IMG/VR virus record: IMGVR_UViG_3300002854_000227
Location: 7,533 to 71,532 of that record
DNA length: 64,000 nt
Strand: one strand, 5' to 3'
Origin: a virus
Shown in pieces: positions 36,161-46,274 of this stretch (its first letter is position 1; the number at the start of each line of letters is the position of its first letter). Made by a program: the position numbers and the translations under genes. The notes under the pieces are model-generated. The model did no database searches. It had not been told where the DNA came from and saw only the letters and a list, made by a program, of their open reading frames with translations.

Positions 36161-36694
36161 ATGAGCGGCACGCCGCCGACTATGCCCTTGGATGAATTAA
36201 TTAAGCTCAGGGATGGAGCGATAAGGCAGAAAGACGTCAAGATCGAATTTATTACGTCTCGTATGCAAAGTTTCGAGCAGCAGGCCGTTGAAGGCTGGGC
36301 GATGGTCGAGCAGTTACGCGACGAACTGGCCGAGCTCGAGGCCAAGAATCGTAAAGCCGCGACACCGGAAGCTCCCCGCGCAACCACCGCTCCCGACATC
36401 CTGGAGCGCGCTGCCGGCCACATGGCTGATCGGGCGAAGACGTACGACGCCGCGGGCGGTGAACGCAGCATGGGCAAGGTGGCCGGCATCGTCCGGACGC
36501 TGTACGCGGATCAGCTCGCGCGCGGAGAGTTTACCGAGGAGATGGCGTGGGGCCTGCAAGTCGTGCTTAAGCTCGTACGCACGAGTCAGGGCGGCTACCG
36601 GGCGGACAATTATGAGGACGGCGCGGCTTACTTCGCTCTCATGGGCGAGTGCGCGTCGGTTGAGAGGGAGGCTGACGCATCGTGCGGAAGCTGA
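36161..36694 (+). CDS. DUF6378-like (nucleotide diphosphohydrolase-related) protein
   Basis: IL..A......R...Y...ERSM...LKLVR......DNY.D.AAY.AL pattern. Confidence 0.6.
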   Translation: MSGTPPTMPLDELIKLRDGAIRQKDVKIEFITSRMQSFEQQAVEGWAMVEQLRDELAELEAKNRKAATPEAPRATTAPDILERAAGHMADRAKTYDAAGGERSMGKVAGIVRTLYADQLARGEFTEEMAWGLQVVLKLVRTSQGGYRADNYEDGAAYFALMGECASVEREADASCGS

Positions 36695-38040
36695 TTGTTG
36701 ATAGTTTCGCAGGGGGAGGCGGTGCTTCCAGCGGGATCAAATGGGCGACAGGTCGTAGCCCTGATATCGCTATTAATCACGATGACGACGCGATCAGCAT
36801 GCATACGGCTAACCACCCAGAGACTTTTCATTATCGGGAGGACGTCTGGCATGTTGATCCGAGAGAGGCAACGGGTGGGCGACCAGTTGGATTGATGTGG
36901 CTATCCCCCGACTGTACGTATTTCAGCGTGGCCCTCGGAGATAAACCCATGGACAAGAACGTCCGAGGGCTCGCATGGACAAAAGTGCGGTGGGCAGCTA
37001 CCGTACGACCAGAAGTCTTCTGCCTAGAGAATGTGAAAGAATTTCAAGGCTGGGGTCCTCTTCTGCCGAATAATCGTCCCGACCCAGAACAGAAGGGTCG
37101 TACGTTCAATAGCTTTGTAAACGCGATTCGGAAGCAGGGTTACGACGTTGAATGGCGCGTACTCAGAGCTTGCGATTATGGCGCACCTACGAAGAGAGAA
37201 CGATTCTTCATGGTTTCTAGGCGAGACGGCAGGCCGATTGTTTGGCCCGAACCTACACACGGAGACCCAAAAAGTCTTGCAGTTCAGACTGGACGGCTCA
37301 AGCCGTGGAATACGGCTGCTAGCTTCATCGATTGGTCGTTGGAGTGCCCGAGCATCTTCACCCGAAAAAAGCCTTTATCGCCGAACACGTTACGTCGGAT
37401 AGCATTGGGCGTCCAAAAATTCATCATCAATGATCCAGATCCTTTCATCGCCCCGATAACTCCGGGGGGCGCCGAAGACAGGTCTGAACTGGTTGCTTCG
37501 TTTCTTGCACAATACTATTCAGCAGATACTGCTCGCGGTCAACGGCTTGATGAGCCGATCATGACTATTCCGACAGCGAACCGATACGCACTAGTGACGA
37601 GCCATTTGGTCAAACTCAAAGGCACGAACATCGGTTACCGGACGGACGAGCCAATGCATACGATTACTGCGGGTGGGTTGCATCACGGAGAGGTTAGAGC
37701 TCTGTTAATAGCATATTACGGATCCAGTATTGGACAATCGCTCGACGAGCCTATCAATACTGTTGTTACTAAGGACCGCTTTGCTCTTGTGATGGTTCAC
37801 GGAACCCCATATCAGATCGTAGATATCGGAATGCGCATGCTTCAACCTCATGAACTCTATGCCGGCCAAGGCTTCGCGGAGGATTACATTTATACTCACG
37901 GCCATGACGGTAGGAAGTTTTCGAAGAAAGTTCAGGTCGAAAAGTGCGGGAACGCTGTCCCCCGACACTTCGCCAAAGCACTGGTAGAAGCGAATTGTCC
38001 GGAATTGTGCGGGATCGTGGATGAGGAGGCTGTCGGATGA
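36682..38040 (+). CDS. DNA cytosine-C5 methyltransferase
   Basis: Motif I DSFAGGGG, SPDCTYFS, ENVKEF, R.RFF, QVEKCGNAV. Confidence 0.92.
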   Translation: MRKLIVDSFAGGGGASSGIKWATGRSPDIAINHDDDAISMHTANHPETFHYREDVWHVDPREATGGRPVGLMWLSPDCTYFSVALGDKPMDKNVRGLAWTKVRWAATVRPEVFCLENVKEFQGWGPLLPNNRPDPEQKGRTFNSFVNAIRKQGYDVEWRVLRACDYGAPTKRERFFMVSRRDGRPIVWPEPTHGDPKSLAVQTGRLKPWNTAASFIDWSLECPSIFTRKKPLSPNTLRRIALGVQKFIINDPDPFIAPITPGGAEDRSELVASFLAQYYSADTARGQRLDEPIMTIPTANRYALVTSHLVKLKGTNIGYRTDEPMHTITAGGLHHGEVRALLIAYYGSSIGQSLDEPINTVVTKDRFALVMVHGTPYQIVDIGMRMLQPHELYAGQGFAEDYIYTHGHDGRKFSKKVQVEKCGNAVPRHFAKALVEANCPELCGIVDEEAVG

Positions 38041-38207
38041 AAGACGGACCCGTGCTCTTTTATTCCCAAGGCGGCACCCTCTATCCGGTCGCGCTGGACG
38101 CTGAGCAACAGCAGATTTTCGATATTACCTGTAAGCTGTTCAGCCCGATCAGGATCGTCAAAGACCGTCCGCAAGGTAAGGCGGTCAATTTATTGGATAG
38201 TAAGTAG
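38037..38207 (+). CDS. Small hypothetical protein (56 aa)
   Basis: GAGGAGG RBS, ATGA overlap; not in ORF track. Confidence 0.55.
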   Translation: MKDGPVLFYSQGGTLYPVALDAEQQQIFDITCKLFSPIRIVKDRPQGKAVNLLDSK

Positions 38208-38224
38208 TTAGGAGGCCCGGTGCC

Positions 38225-40645
38225 GTGCAATACAACAGACAGTTAACCATATCAGCAGCCGGCAGCCGTAAGGCAACCCGTTGGCCCGCGCAGGTCATCC
38301 ACTGGCACGAGCTCGTCGAGCGGCTGCGGACGGCCGTTCGCGGCACGGAGACGCTGGCGGAGTATATGTCCTTCCCCAAGTCGAGGCAAGACGACCTAAA
38401 GGACGTCGGCGGATTCGTCGCCGGCTTCCTGACGGACGGGCGCCGGAAGACGGGCGCTGTCGGAAGTCGGGACATCGTCACGCTGGACCTCGACAACATC
38501 CCCGCGGGCGGCACGGCGGACGTCTTGCGCCGGGTCGAAGGACTCGGCTGCGGGTACGCGGTGTACAGCACGCGCAAGCACAGCGAGGGTAAGCCGCGGC
38601 TGCGGGTACTGGCGCCGCTGGCCCGGACGGTCTCCGCGGATGAATACGAGCCACTGGCCCGTAAGCTCGGCCAGATCATCGGCATAGAGCTGTGCGATCC
38701 GACGACGTTCCAGGCGACTCGGCTTATGTATTGGCCAAGCTGCAGCGCGGACGGCGTTTACGTCTACCACTACGGCGACAAGCCGTTCCTGGATCCCGAC
38801 GGCCTCCTCGCGCTGTACGCCGACTGGCGCAACGTGGCGGAGTGGCCGCAGGTGCCCGGGGCCGCGGCGGCGCAAGTCCGTTTAGCCGCAAAGCAGGGAG
38901 ACCCGACAAGCAAAGAGGGCGTCGTGGGGGCGTTCTGCCGGCAGTATGACGTCCTGACAGCGATCGAGACGTTCTTGCCCGGGATGTACGTGCCGACGGC
39001 AGACGAGGGGCGGCTGACGTTCGTCGGCGGCTCCACGGCCGGCGGTGCGGTGCTCTACGACGACGCCAAGTTCTTATATAGCCATCACGCGACGGATCCG
39101 TGCGGCGGTCGCCTCGTCAACGCGTTCGACCTCGTGCGCATGCACCTCCACGGCGACCAGGACGACGACGCGGTGCCGGGGACGCCGACCAACCGTATGC
39201 CGAGCTTTGCGGCAATGATCGCTTTCGCGCTGCAGGACGCCGGCGTGGCGGCCGTCATGGCTCAGGAGAGGTACGAGAAGGCTACGGCTGCCTTTGCCAG
39301 TGACGCCAACGCCCCGGAAGCCATAGCGACGGAAGACGACCTTTCATGGATCAAACGGCTTGATCTGAGCCCGACGACGGGAAAGCCAGCAAAGACAGCT
39401 GGGAACATCCTGACGGTGCTACGCCACGACAAGGCGCTGGCCGGAAAAATCTACCGTGACACTTTCGCGGAGCGCTTGATGGGGGAGGGGCCTCTTCCGT
39501 GGGCAAAGCGCGCACAAGCGCCTGAATCGTTTGCCTGGGAGGATCCTGACGATCAAGGGCTCGGCCTCTACGTCGAGCGCGTGCTAGGTTTTAGCTCTGA
39601 ACGGCCGCTGCATATGGCGCTTAGCGAGATCGCGGAGGCCAACGCCATTAATCCTGTGGCTGCATACTTGTCGGCGCTTGAATGGGACGGTACGCCACGT
39701 GCGGATTCGCTGTATATCGATTATTTCGGCGCGGAGGATTGCCCTTTCATTCGAACGATTGCGCGTAAGTCGTTAGTGGCCGCCGTAGCTCGGGCGATGC
39801 TGGGCAAGGTCAAGTTCGACTTTATGACTGTTCTTTTCAGTAAGAAGCAGGGGATCGGCAAAAGTACGCTTTTCCGGCGTCTTGGCAAAGAGTGGTTCAC
39901 CGACAGTATTAAGTCATTCGAGGGCAAAGAGGCCGAAGAGCTCATTCAAGGTAAATGGATCGTCGAGATTGCCGAATTACAGGCTTTCAATCGGGTGGAC
40001 ATTAACCGAATCAAGCAGTTTTTGTCCAAGGAAGACGACCAATACCGAGAGGCCTACGGGCGCAATGTCAAAAATCAGGTACGCCGTTCGGTCTTTTTCG
40101 GGACGACGAATGACCACGAATACCTCCATGATCCGACAGGGAATCGCCGTTTTTGGCCCGTGGACGCCCGGCCGGAATGTGCAACCAAGTCCGTTTTTAA
40201 GGATCTTACAGAGCTGGAGATTGACCAGATTTGGGCGGAAGCTGTCGTGCGCTGGAGACTCGGGGAGGCGATGTATCTATCAGCCGAGATGGAAGAAGAG
40301 GCGGAACGGCGCCGGCAGGAGCATATGGTGCGAGATCCGTTAGAAGGGTCGATCGAGGAGTATATTCAGAAACCTGTGCCGATTGATTGGCTAAAGTGGG
40401 AAACTGATAGGCGTCAGATGTTTTGGGGTGGCGGGATGAAGTACGACGGCCCGCTTGCCTATCGGGATCGGGTATGTGCCGCTGAAATCTGGAGGGAGTG
40501 TCTTGGCGAAAGACGCGCAGCCACTAAGGCGGACTCCAATCGGATAAATGCGATAATGGAGCGAATGACCGGATGGGAAAGGTCGCAAGTCATCCAGATG
40601 GGGCCGGGATATGGCAAGCAAAGAGGCTTTGTTCGACGAATATAA
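38225..40645 (+). CDS. Primase-helicase (VirE/VapE family)
   Basis: N-terminal primase-polymerase (LDLD, YSTRKH..PRLR); C-terminal QGIGKSTL Walker A and GNRRFWP. Confidence 0.88.
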   Translation: MQYNRQLTISAAGSRKATRWPAQVIHWHELVERLRTAVRGTETLAEYMSFPKSRQDDLKDVGGFVAGFLTDGRRKTGAVGSRDIVTLDLDNIPAGGTADVLRRVEGLGCGYAVYSTRKHSEGKPRLRVLAPLARTVSADEYEPLARKLGQIIGIELCDPTTFQATRLMYWPSCSADGVYVYHYGDKPFLDPDGLLALYADWRNVAEWPQVPGAAAAQVRLAAKQGDPTSKEGVVGAFCRQYDVLTAIETFLPGMYVPTADEGRLTFVGGSTAGGAVLYDDAKFLYSHHATDPCGGRLVNAFDLVRMHLHGDQDDDAVPGTPTNRMPSFAAMIAFALQDAGVAAVMAQERYEKATAAFASDANAPEAIATEDDLSWIKRLDLSPTTGKPAKTAGNILTVLRHDKALAGKIYRDTFAERLMGEGPLPWAKRAQAPESFAWEDPDDQGLGLYVERVLGFSSERPLHMALSEIAEANAINPVAAYLSALEWDGTPRADSLYIDYFGAEDCPFIRTIARKSLVAAVARAMLGKVKFDFMTVLFSKKQGIGKSTLFRRLGKEWFTDSIKSFEGKEAEELIQGKWIVEIAELQAFNRVDINRIKQFLSKEDDQYREAYGRNVKNQVRRSVFFGTTNDHEYLHDPTGNRRFWPVDARPECATKSVFKDLTELEIDQIWAEAVVRWRLGEAMYLSAEMEEEAERRRQEHMVRDPLEGSIEEYIQKPVPIDWLKWETDRRQMFWGGGMKYDGPLAYRDRVCAAEIWRECLGERRAATKADSNRINAIMERMTGWERSQVIQMGPGYGKQRGFVRRI

Positions 40646-40646
40646 C

Positions 40647-40800
40647 GGCAACATTGGCAACAATCCAAGCCCGCGGGCAACATATTCCATAATTTAGGCT
40701 ATGTTGCCTTTGTTGCCTTTGCGGCCCCGAGATCCCTTGCTACTATTGATTTATATATAAGGCAACAAAGGCAACAATAATATTAATAGTAAATTATTTA
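40647..40800. repeat. Iteron-like GGCAAC repeats with AT-rich tract; putative replication origin
   Basis: Seven GGCAAC/GTTGCC copies; 18-bp perfect inverted repeat 40702-40719 / 40759-40776. Confidence 0.65.
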
Positions 40801-40900
40801 GAGAGATTAGAGAGTATAGGAGGGAGACATCCCGCCTAAAACGCCTGATTGCGTTATGTCATATACGCGTATACGAGAATGTTGCGAGGAGGATTTAGGA

Positions 40901-41185
40901 ATGAAATCGAGAGACGACTTTTTGCAGATGCTGCAAAGCAACCCAGACCTAAGCGAGATGGTCCGCAATAGTGAGCATGTGAAACGGGATTACAAGCCAA
41001 GGCCCACGCGTCGAACGAAAAAGACACCGGCCAGCATAGCCCGCGACCATTTTTGGGATAGCGTAGAGGGCGCTGCGTTCCGGCACGAGATCGAGACGGA
41101 AACCGGCGTGGAACTCGGAGATGTGAAAATAAGAGCAGCGCTTAAGGACGCCCTGCTGCTTTTCATCACAAGCATCAAGAACTAA
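40901..41185 (+). CDS. Hypothetical protein
   Basis: GAGGAGG/AGGA RBS then ATG 40901. Confidence 0.6.
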   Translation: MKSRDDFLQMLQSNPDLSEMVRNSEHVKRDYKPRPTRRTKKTPASIARDHFWDSVEGAAFRHEIETETGVELGDVKIRAALKDALLLFITSIKN

Positions 41186-41206
41186 GTCATCAAGGGAGGA
41201 ATCAAC

Positions 41207-41506
41207 GTGAGAGAGAGCGACATCGAGAAGTACCTCCGGAACAAAGTACATGCTGCGGGAGGTAGAGCGTACAAGTGGGTCAGCCCCGGGAACAACGGCG
41301 TACCGGACAGGATCGTTATGCTGCCGGGCGCGCCAGACCTATTCGTGGAGCTAAAAGCCCCGGGCAAAAAGCCGACGGCGCTGCAGGTGGTCCAGCACAA
41401 AATGCTGCGAGAACTGGGTCGATACGTGATCGTAATCGACAGTAAAGAGCAGGTTGACCGCTTGATCGAGGCGCACCATGCTGGGCTGCTGGGTGAGAGA
41501 GCATGA
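41207..41506 (+). CDS. VRR-NUC domain nuclease
   Basis: ESDIEKYL, KWVSPGNNGVPDRIV, FVELKAPG. Confidence 0.9.
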   Translation: MRESDIEKYLRNKVHAAGGRAYKWVSPGNNGVPDRIVMLPGAPDLFVELKAPGKKPTALQVVQHKMLRELGRYVIVIDSKEQVDRLIEAHHAGLLGERA

Positions 41507-42960
41507 CCGCCGTCGGCTTGCAGCAGCCGCCTCGAAAGCAGTTTAAGCCGTGGGCCTATCAACGATATTGCATCATGCGCGCGGTGAGCGACGCGGCGCT
41601 GGGCCTCTTTCTCGATATGGGACTTGGCAAGACAGTCATTACGCTGACCGCGATCAATGACCTCAAGTACAACCGGTTCGATGTCCGCCGCGTGCTGATC
41701 GTCGCCCCGAAAAAGGTCGCCGAAGCCACGTGGTCGAACGAAGTCCGGAAATGGGATCACCTGCAGATGCTTCGCGTCGTGCCGGTACTGGGGACGGCCA
41801 AGCAGCGGATCAAGGCGCTGAATACGCCGGGCGACGTCTGGGTGATTAGTCGGGATAGCCTGTCCTGGCTAGTCGAGTATTACCGCAACGCCTGGCCGTT
41901 TGACATGGTGGTGCTGGACGAGCTGTCAAGCTTCAAGGGCTACGACGCACAGCGATTCAAGGTGCTGACATGGGTGCGGCCGCATATCCGGCGGATCATC
42001 GGCTTGACCGGTACGCCGGCGCCAAACGGCCTGCAAGACCTATGGGCGCAAATCTACCTGTTGGACCAAGGCGAGCGTTTGGAACGCAACATCACGGCAT
42101 TCCGGACCAAATATCTCGAACGGAATTACAACGGATTCGGATTCATGCCCAAGCCGGGAGCAGACGAAGCCATCCATGGGAAAATCTCGGATATCTGCAT
42201 CAGCATGAAGGCCGAGGATTACTTGGAGCTACCAGAGGCAATTCCGAATGTGATCCCGATCGTCCTAGACGACAAGGCAAAAGCCGCATACAAGAAGTTG
42301 GAGCTGGAGGCTGTCCTGGCGCTGGAGGATACGGAGATCACGGCGCTGTCCGCCGCGGCATTGTCCGGCAAGCTGCTGCAACTATGCAATGGAGCGATCT
42401 ATGCAACCGACCCGGTGCTTGATCCGGAAGGTCGGCAGAAGGTAGACGGCAAGGGCAACCCGATGACGACCAGGCGCACGATGGACGTTCACGACTGCAA
42501 GATCGAGGCGTTCATGGAGTTGATCGAGCAATTGCAGGGCAAGCCTGCACTGGTGTTTTACAACTTCCAGCACGACCTCCAAAGGATCACGAAGGCACTG
42601 GTGAAATCGGGGCTTCGGGTGCGAGAGCTAAAGACGAAACAAGACCAGGACGATTGGAACGCCAGGCGGATCGACGTACTTCTGGCGCACCCAGCCAGTG
42701 CCGGCCACGGGCTTAACCTACAGGACGGCGGCAACCATGTCGTATGGTTTGGGCTTAATTGGTCTCTGGAGCTTTACCAGCAAGCTAACAAGCGACTGCA
42801 TCGACAAGGCCAGCAGCAAGTCGTTATTCTGCATCACCTTGTCGTACAGGGCGGCGTAGACGAGGACGTCATGGCGGCGCTGGAGAGCAAGGCAACGACA
42901 CAGGACAAGCTGCTGGCGGCGCTTAAAGCCCGCGTCGACGGCATCAAGGAGGTCGGCTAA
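41503..42960 (+). CDS. SNF2-family helicase
   Basis: DMGLGKT, VVLDELSS, LTGTP, SAGHGLNLQ, QANKRLHRQGQ. Confidence 0.92.
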   Translation: MTAVGLQQPPRKQFKPWAYQRYCIMRAVSDAALGLFLDMGLGKTVITLTAINDLKYNRFDVRRVLIVAPKKVAEATWSNEVRKWDHLQMLRVVPVLGTAKQRIKALNTPGDVWVISRDSLSWLVEYYRNAWPFDMVVLDELSSFKGYDAQRFKVLTWVRPHIRRIIGLTGTPAPNGLQDLWAQIYLLDQGERLERNITAFRTKYLERNYNGFGFMPKPGADEAIHGKISDICISMKAEDYLELPEAIPNVIPIVLDDKAKAAYKKLELEAVLALEDTEITALSAAALSGKLLQLCNGAIYATDPVLDPEGRQKVDGKGNPMTTRRTMDVHDCKIEAFMELIEQLQGKPALVFYNFQHDLQRITKALVKSGLRVRELKTKQDQDDWNARRIDVLLAHPASAGHGLNLQDGGNHVVWFGLNWSLELYQQANKRLHRQGQQQVVILHHLVVQGGVDEDVMAALESKATTQDKLLAALKARVDGIKEVG

Positions 42961-42961
42961 C

Positions 42962-43174
42962 ATGACGCTACAAACCAGACTCATACGGGCCCGTAAAGCC
43001 AAAAAGCTCACACGGGAGGATTTGGCGGATCTCGTAGCGGTGACCCAAGGCTGTATCGGCCACTACGAGACCGGCCGCCGAGAGCCGTCGCTGGATACGC
43101 TGGTCGCACTGTCGAACATATTAGGCGTAACGACGGATTATCTGCTTAAGGGCGAGGAGGTCGAGATAGGATGA
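42962..43174 (+). CDS. XRE-family HTH protein
   Basis: LTREDLADLV.VTQ.CIGHYETGRREPSLDTL. Confidence 0.88.
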   Translation: MTLQTRLIRARKAKKLTREDLADLVAVTQGCIGHYETGRREPSLDTLVALSNILGVTTDYLLKGEEVEIG

Positions 43175-43641
43175 CGTGGGTCACGGCGTTGATCAAAGAC
43201 TATCGCAAGAGCCGCAACATGATGATCAAGTACCGGGATTCGCTGGACGAAAAAGAGGAATGGCAAGAGGTCGCACTTGTCCAAAGCACCGTAACGAGTA
43301 TGCATTACGCGATCGAGTGGATGCGGACAGGGCGGCAGCCGTACGCGATGCGAGGCGTGGACCGGAGAGGGGTCTACAAGGAGCCGTTTGTCCTGGATAA
43401 AGACTTGTTCCCGTCGCTGCAGGACGACGAGCCCGAACCGGAGCCGCGGTACTCCACGGAGGAGAGGCGGCGAGCGCTGGAGCTTATTCGGTCGATGTCG
43501 GACCGCGAGCGCGATTGCTTCCTGCTTCACGCGGCCGAGGGATTGAGCGAACGGGATATTGCGGTAGCGCTTGGCATCTCTCGAAGATCGGTTCGGACAT
43601 TCATAGAAAGAGCGAAATCCAAAGCCCAACAAGCGATATAA
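43171..43641 (+). CDS. Sigma-factor-like late transcription activator (Xpf-like)
   Basis: AIEWMRTGRQP; sigma70 region-4 HTH at C-terminus; precedes packaging genes. Confidence 0.75.
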   Translation: MTWVTALIKDYRKSRNMMIKYRDSLDEKEEWQEVALVQSTVTSMHYAIEWMRTGRQPYAMRGVDRRGVYKEPFVLDKDLFPSLQDDEPEPEPRYSTEERRRALELIRSMSDRERDCFLLHAAEGLSERDIAVALGISRRSVRTFIERAKSKAQQAI

Positions 43642-43699
43642 GGATTCTTGTCGCCCACCTGTCGCCCGAGGTCGCTATAAGTAGAGGGACATTTTAAGA

Positions 43700-43910
43700 G
43701 CCCTACACGGCAAAGGCCGATTAGCCCAAGTGGGCGAGCAAGATCCAAGATGCCGGTATCGCAGACAGGGGCAGTAGCGCCTCGATGGAGCGTTTCCGGC
43801 ATCATCGTTATTCCTGGCCGTTCTATCGGCCATTTATATTCAGCCGCATCGCGGGGACTCCTCGCCCTTTCTGGCCGCGCATCGGGGCGGTGCGATGCGG
43901 CTCCCGAATT
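43700..43910 (+). ncRNA. Candidate structured RNA / late leader
   Basis: Perfect stems 43749-56/43796-803, 43815-20/43827-32 and 43842-52/43892-902. Confidence 0.35.
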
Positions 43911-43962
43911 AAGCAGGAAAATCCTCCCTTTTGTCGAAATTACACGACAGGGAGGTGATATT

Positions 43963-44112
43963 ATGACAGAAGAACAAGCTGATCGAATTATTAATTTGCT
44001 TGGTAAAATACTTGATAGATTAGATTATATCGAATCCAGTACAGGCACAATTAAGAACGGCACACTTGAAATAACGGAAACATTAGAACGAATTAGAAGG
44101 AACACTGATTAG
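43963..44112 (+). CDS. Small moron protein (49 aa)
   Basis: GGGAGGTG RBS; AT-rich; followed by AAGAGCACC...GGTGCTTTTTT terminator. Confidence 0.65.
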   Translation: MTEEQADRIINLLGKILDRLDYIESSTGTIKNGTLEITETLERIRRNTD

Positions 44113-44167
44113 CAGAAGAGCACCCTAACCGGTGCTTTTTTATTTTCCCTGAAAGGAGGCTGCCACG

Positions 44168-44884
44168 ATGGCGTTGACGGCCAAGCAGAAGAAATTCGTC
44201 GCTGAATACCTGATTGACCTTAACGCCACTCAGGCGGCCACCAGGGCAGGTTATAGCGCAAAGAATGCGGATAAGATCGGCCCGGAGTTGCTAGGGAAAA
44301 CTAGGGTAGCCGAGGCCATTCAGCAGGCAATGGGGAAGCGTGAGAAGCGAACTGAGATTACGCAGGACATGGTCCTGCAACGCTGGTGGGCGATCGCGAC
44401 GGCGGATCCGAACGAGATCATTCATCTCCGGAGGTTGTGCTGTCGTCATTGCTTCGGCATCGGGCATGCCTATCAGTGGCGCGACGAGGCGGAATACGAT
44501 GCTGCAGTACAGGCTGAGATAGACGCAGCGGCCGCCGAAGATCGTAAGCCAAACCCGCCGTCAGACGAAGGCGGCATAGGCTATGATAAGTTACTGCGCC
44601 CGCACCCCAAGTGCCCGAAATGCCAGGGCGAAGGGCGTCCCGATTTGCACATGGCTGACACGCGGGATCTTGGAGGTCCGGCGAAGATGCTTTACGCCGG
44701 CATAAAACAGACGCAGGCGGGCATCGAGATCAAGATGCAGGATCAAGGCAAGGCGCTGGAAAACGTCGCGAGGCATCTCGGCATGTTCAAGGATAAAGTC
44801 GAGCTTTCGGGAGGTGTCGACGTCAACAACCCCTATGCAGGGTTGACGACGGAAGAGCTGCGGAAGATGATCGACAGTGGATAG
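44168..44884 (+). CDS. terS: Terminase small subunit
   Basis: LTAKQKKFVAEYLIDLNATQAA.RAGYS; internal CCRHC...CPKC insertion. Confidence 0.92.
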   Translation: MALTAKQKKFVAEYLIDLNATQAATRAGYSAKNADKIGPELLGKTRVAEAIQQAMGKREKRTEITQDMVLQRWWAIATADPNEIIHLRRLCCRHCFGIGHAYQWRDEAEYDAAVQAEIDAAAAEDRKPNPPSDEGGIGYDKLLRPHPKCPKCQGEGRPDLHMADTRDLGGPAKMLYAGIKQTQAGIEIKMQDQGKALENVARHLGMFKDKVELSGGVDVNNPYAGLTTEELRKMIDSG

Positions 44885-46271
44885 GGCGTCGATTATCCGC
44901 GGCGCCCGCATGGAGTTGGCCCGGCGGCAGTTCTCCGCGTTCTGCCAGACGATGGCGCCGGACTTCTACAAGCCCGATCGCGACTTTCTCGCTGAGCTCT
45001 GCAACGAAATGCAGGACTTCTACGAGAGCAGCGACGACATCCTGATCGTCAACGAGCCGCCGCGGCACGGAAAGTCCCGGACGGCTTCCATGTTCGCGCA
45101 ATGGGTATTCGGGCAGAATCCACGCGAGAAGGTCATGACAGGATCGTACAACGAGACATTGTCCACGACATTCTCCAAGGCCGTGCGTAACGGGATCGGC
45201 ACTGTGAAGGCAGATCCGAATGTCATCGTATATAGCGACATATTCCCACGCGTGAGGATTAAAGCCGGCGATGGTGCGATGAACCTATGGAGCCTCGAGG
45301 GCGGCTATAACAACTACCTGGCGACGTCTCCGACAGGTACGGCGACCGGTTTCGGCGCGACGATCCTCATGATCGACGATTTGATTAAGAACGCGGAGGA
45401 AGCCAGCAACGAGGCCACGCTAGAGAAGCACTGGGAATGGTTCACGAATACGATGCTTTCCCGTCTGGAAGAGGGCGGAAAGATCATCATAATCATGACC
45501 AGATGGGCCACGGGAGACCTCGCAGGTCGCGCGCTGGAGCATTTCGCGGCCGAGAAGAAGAAAGTCCGCCTACTGACCATGAAGGCGCTGCAGGACGACG
45601 GCACGATGCTATGCGACGAGATCCTAAGCCGCGAGAGCTACGACATGAAGGTCCGGGCAATGGGCGAAGACATTGCCAGCGCGAACTATCAGCAGATCCC
45701 GATCGACATCAAGGGCAAGCTGTACAGCAGCTTCAAGACTTACACGGAGTTGCCGACGGACGCCGCCGGCGAATCGCTGCTTACCGGGATATACTCATAC
45801 TGCGATTCCGCCGATCAGGGCGACGATTACCTGTGCAATATCATCTGGGGCGTCTACCAAAAAGAAGCGTACGTCCTGGATGTCCTATACACAAAACAAC
45901 CCATGGAGATTACAGAGCCCGCGACCGCGAAGGCTCTTTTTTCGTTTGCCGTGAATAGGGCTCGGGTTGAATCCAACAACGGCGGCCGGGCTTTCGCGCG
46001 AAACATCAAGCGGATACTCGAGACGGAGCTGAAGAGCAACCGGACCGACGTGAGCTGGTTCCATCAATCGAAAAACAAAGTAGCCCGCATCGTCTCGAAT
46101 TCGACATGGGTCATGCAGCACGTCTATTTCCCTGTTAACTGGCGCGATCGTTGGCCGGAATACTACAAGGCGATGACGTCATACCAACGGGAAGGCAAGA
46201 ACGCGCACGACGACGCGCCAGACGCCACGACAGGCGTCGCAGAAACGATGTACCTGCTGAATGGGGGCTAG
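44877..46271 (+). CDS. terL: Terminase large subunit
   Basis: PPRHGKS Walker A, LMIDDLIK, HDDAPDA nuclease motif. Confidence 0.93.
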   Translation: MDRASIIRGARMELARRQFSAFCQTMAPDFYKPDRDFLAELCNEMQDFYESSDDILIVNEPPRHGKSRTASMFAQWVFGQNPREKVMTGSYNETLSTTFSKAVRNGIGTVKADPNVIVYSDIFPRVRIKAGDGAMNLWSLEGGYNNYLATSPTGTATGFGATILMIDDLIKNAEEASNEATLEKHWEWFTNTMLSRLEEGGKIIIIMTRWATGDLAGRALEHFAAEKKKVRLLTMKALQDDGTMLCDEILSRESYDMKVRAMGEDIASANYQQIPIDIKGKLYSSFKTYTELPTDAAGESLLTGIYSYCDSADQGDDYLCNIIWGVYQKEAYVLDVLYTKQPMEITEPATAKALFSFAVNRARVESNNGGRAFARNIKRILETELKSNRTDVSWFHQSKNKVARIVSNSTWVMQHVYFPVNWRDRWPEYYKAMTSYQREGKNAHDDAPDATTGVAETMYLLNGG

Positions 46272-46274
46272 GAA

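Noticed and set aside
43720-43810. tRNA gene
   Set aside because: No canonical D/T-loop motifs or cloverleaf spacing; kept only as a generic structured-RNA candidate
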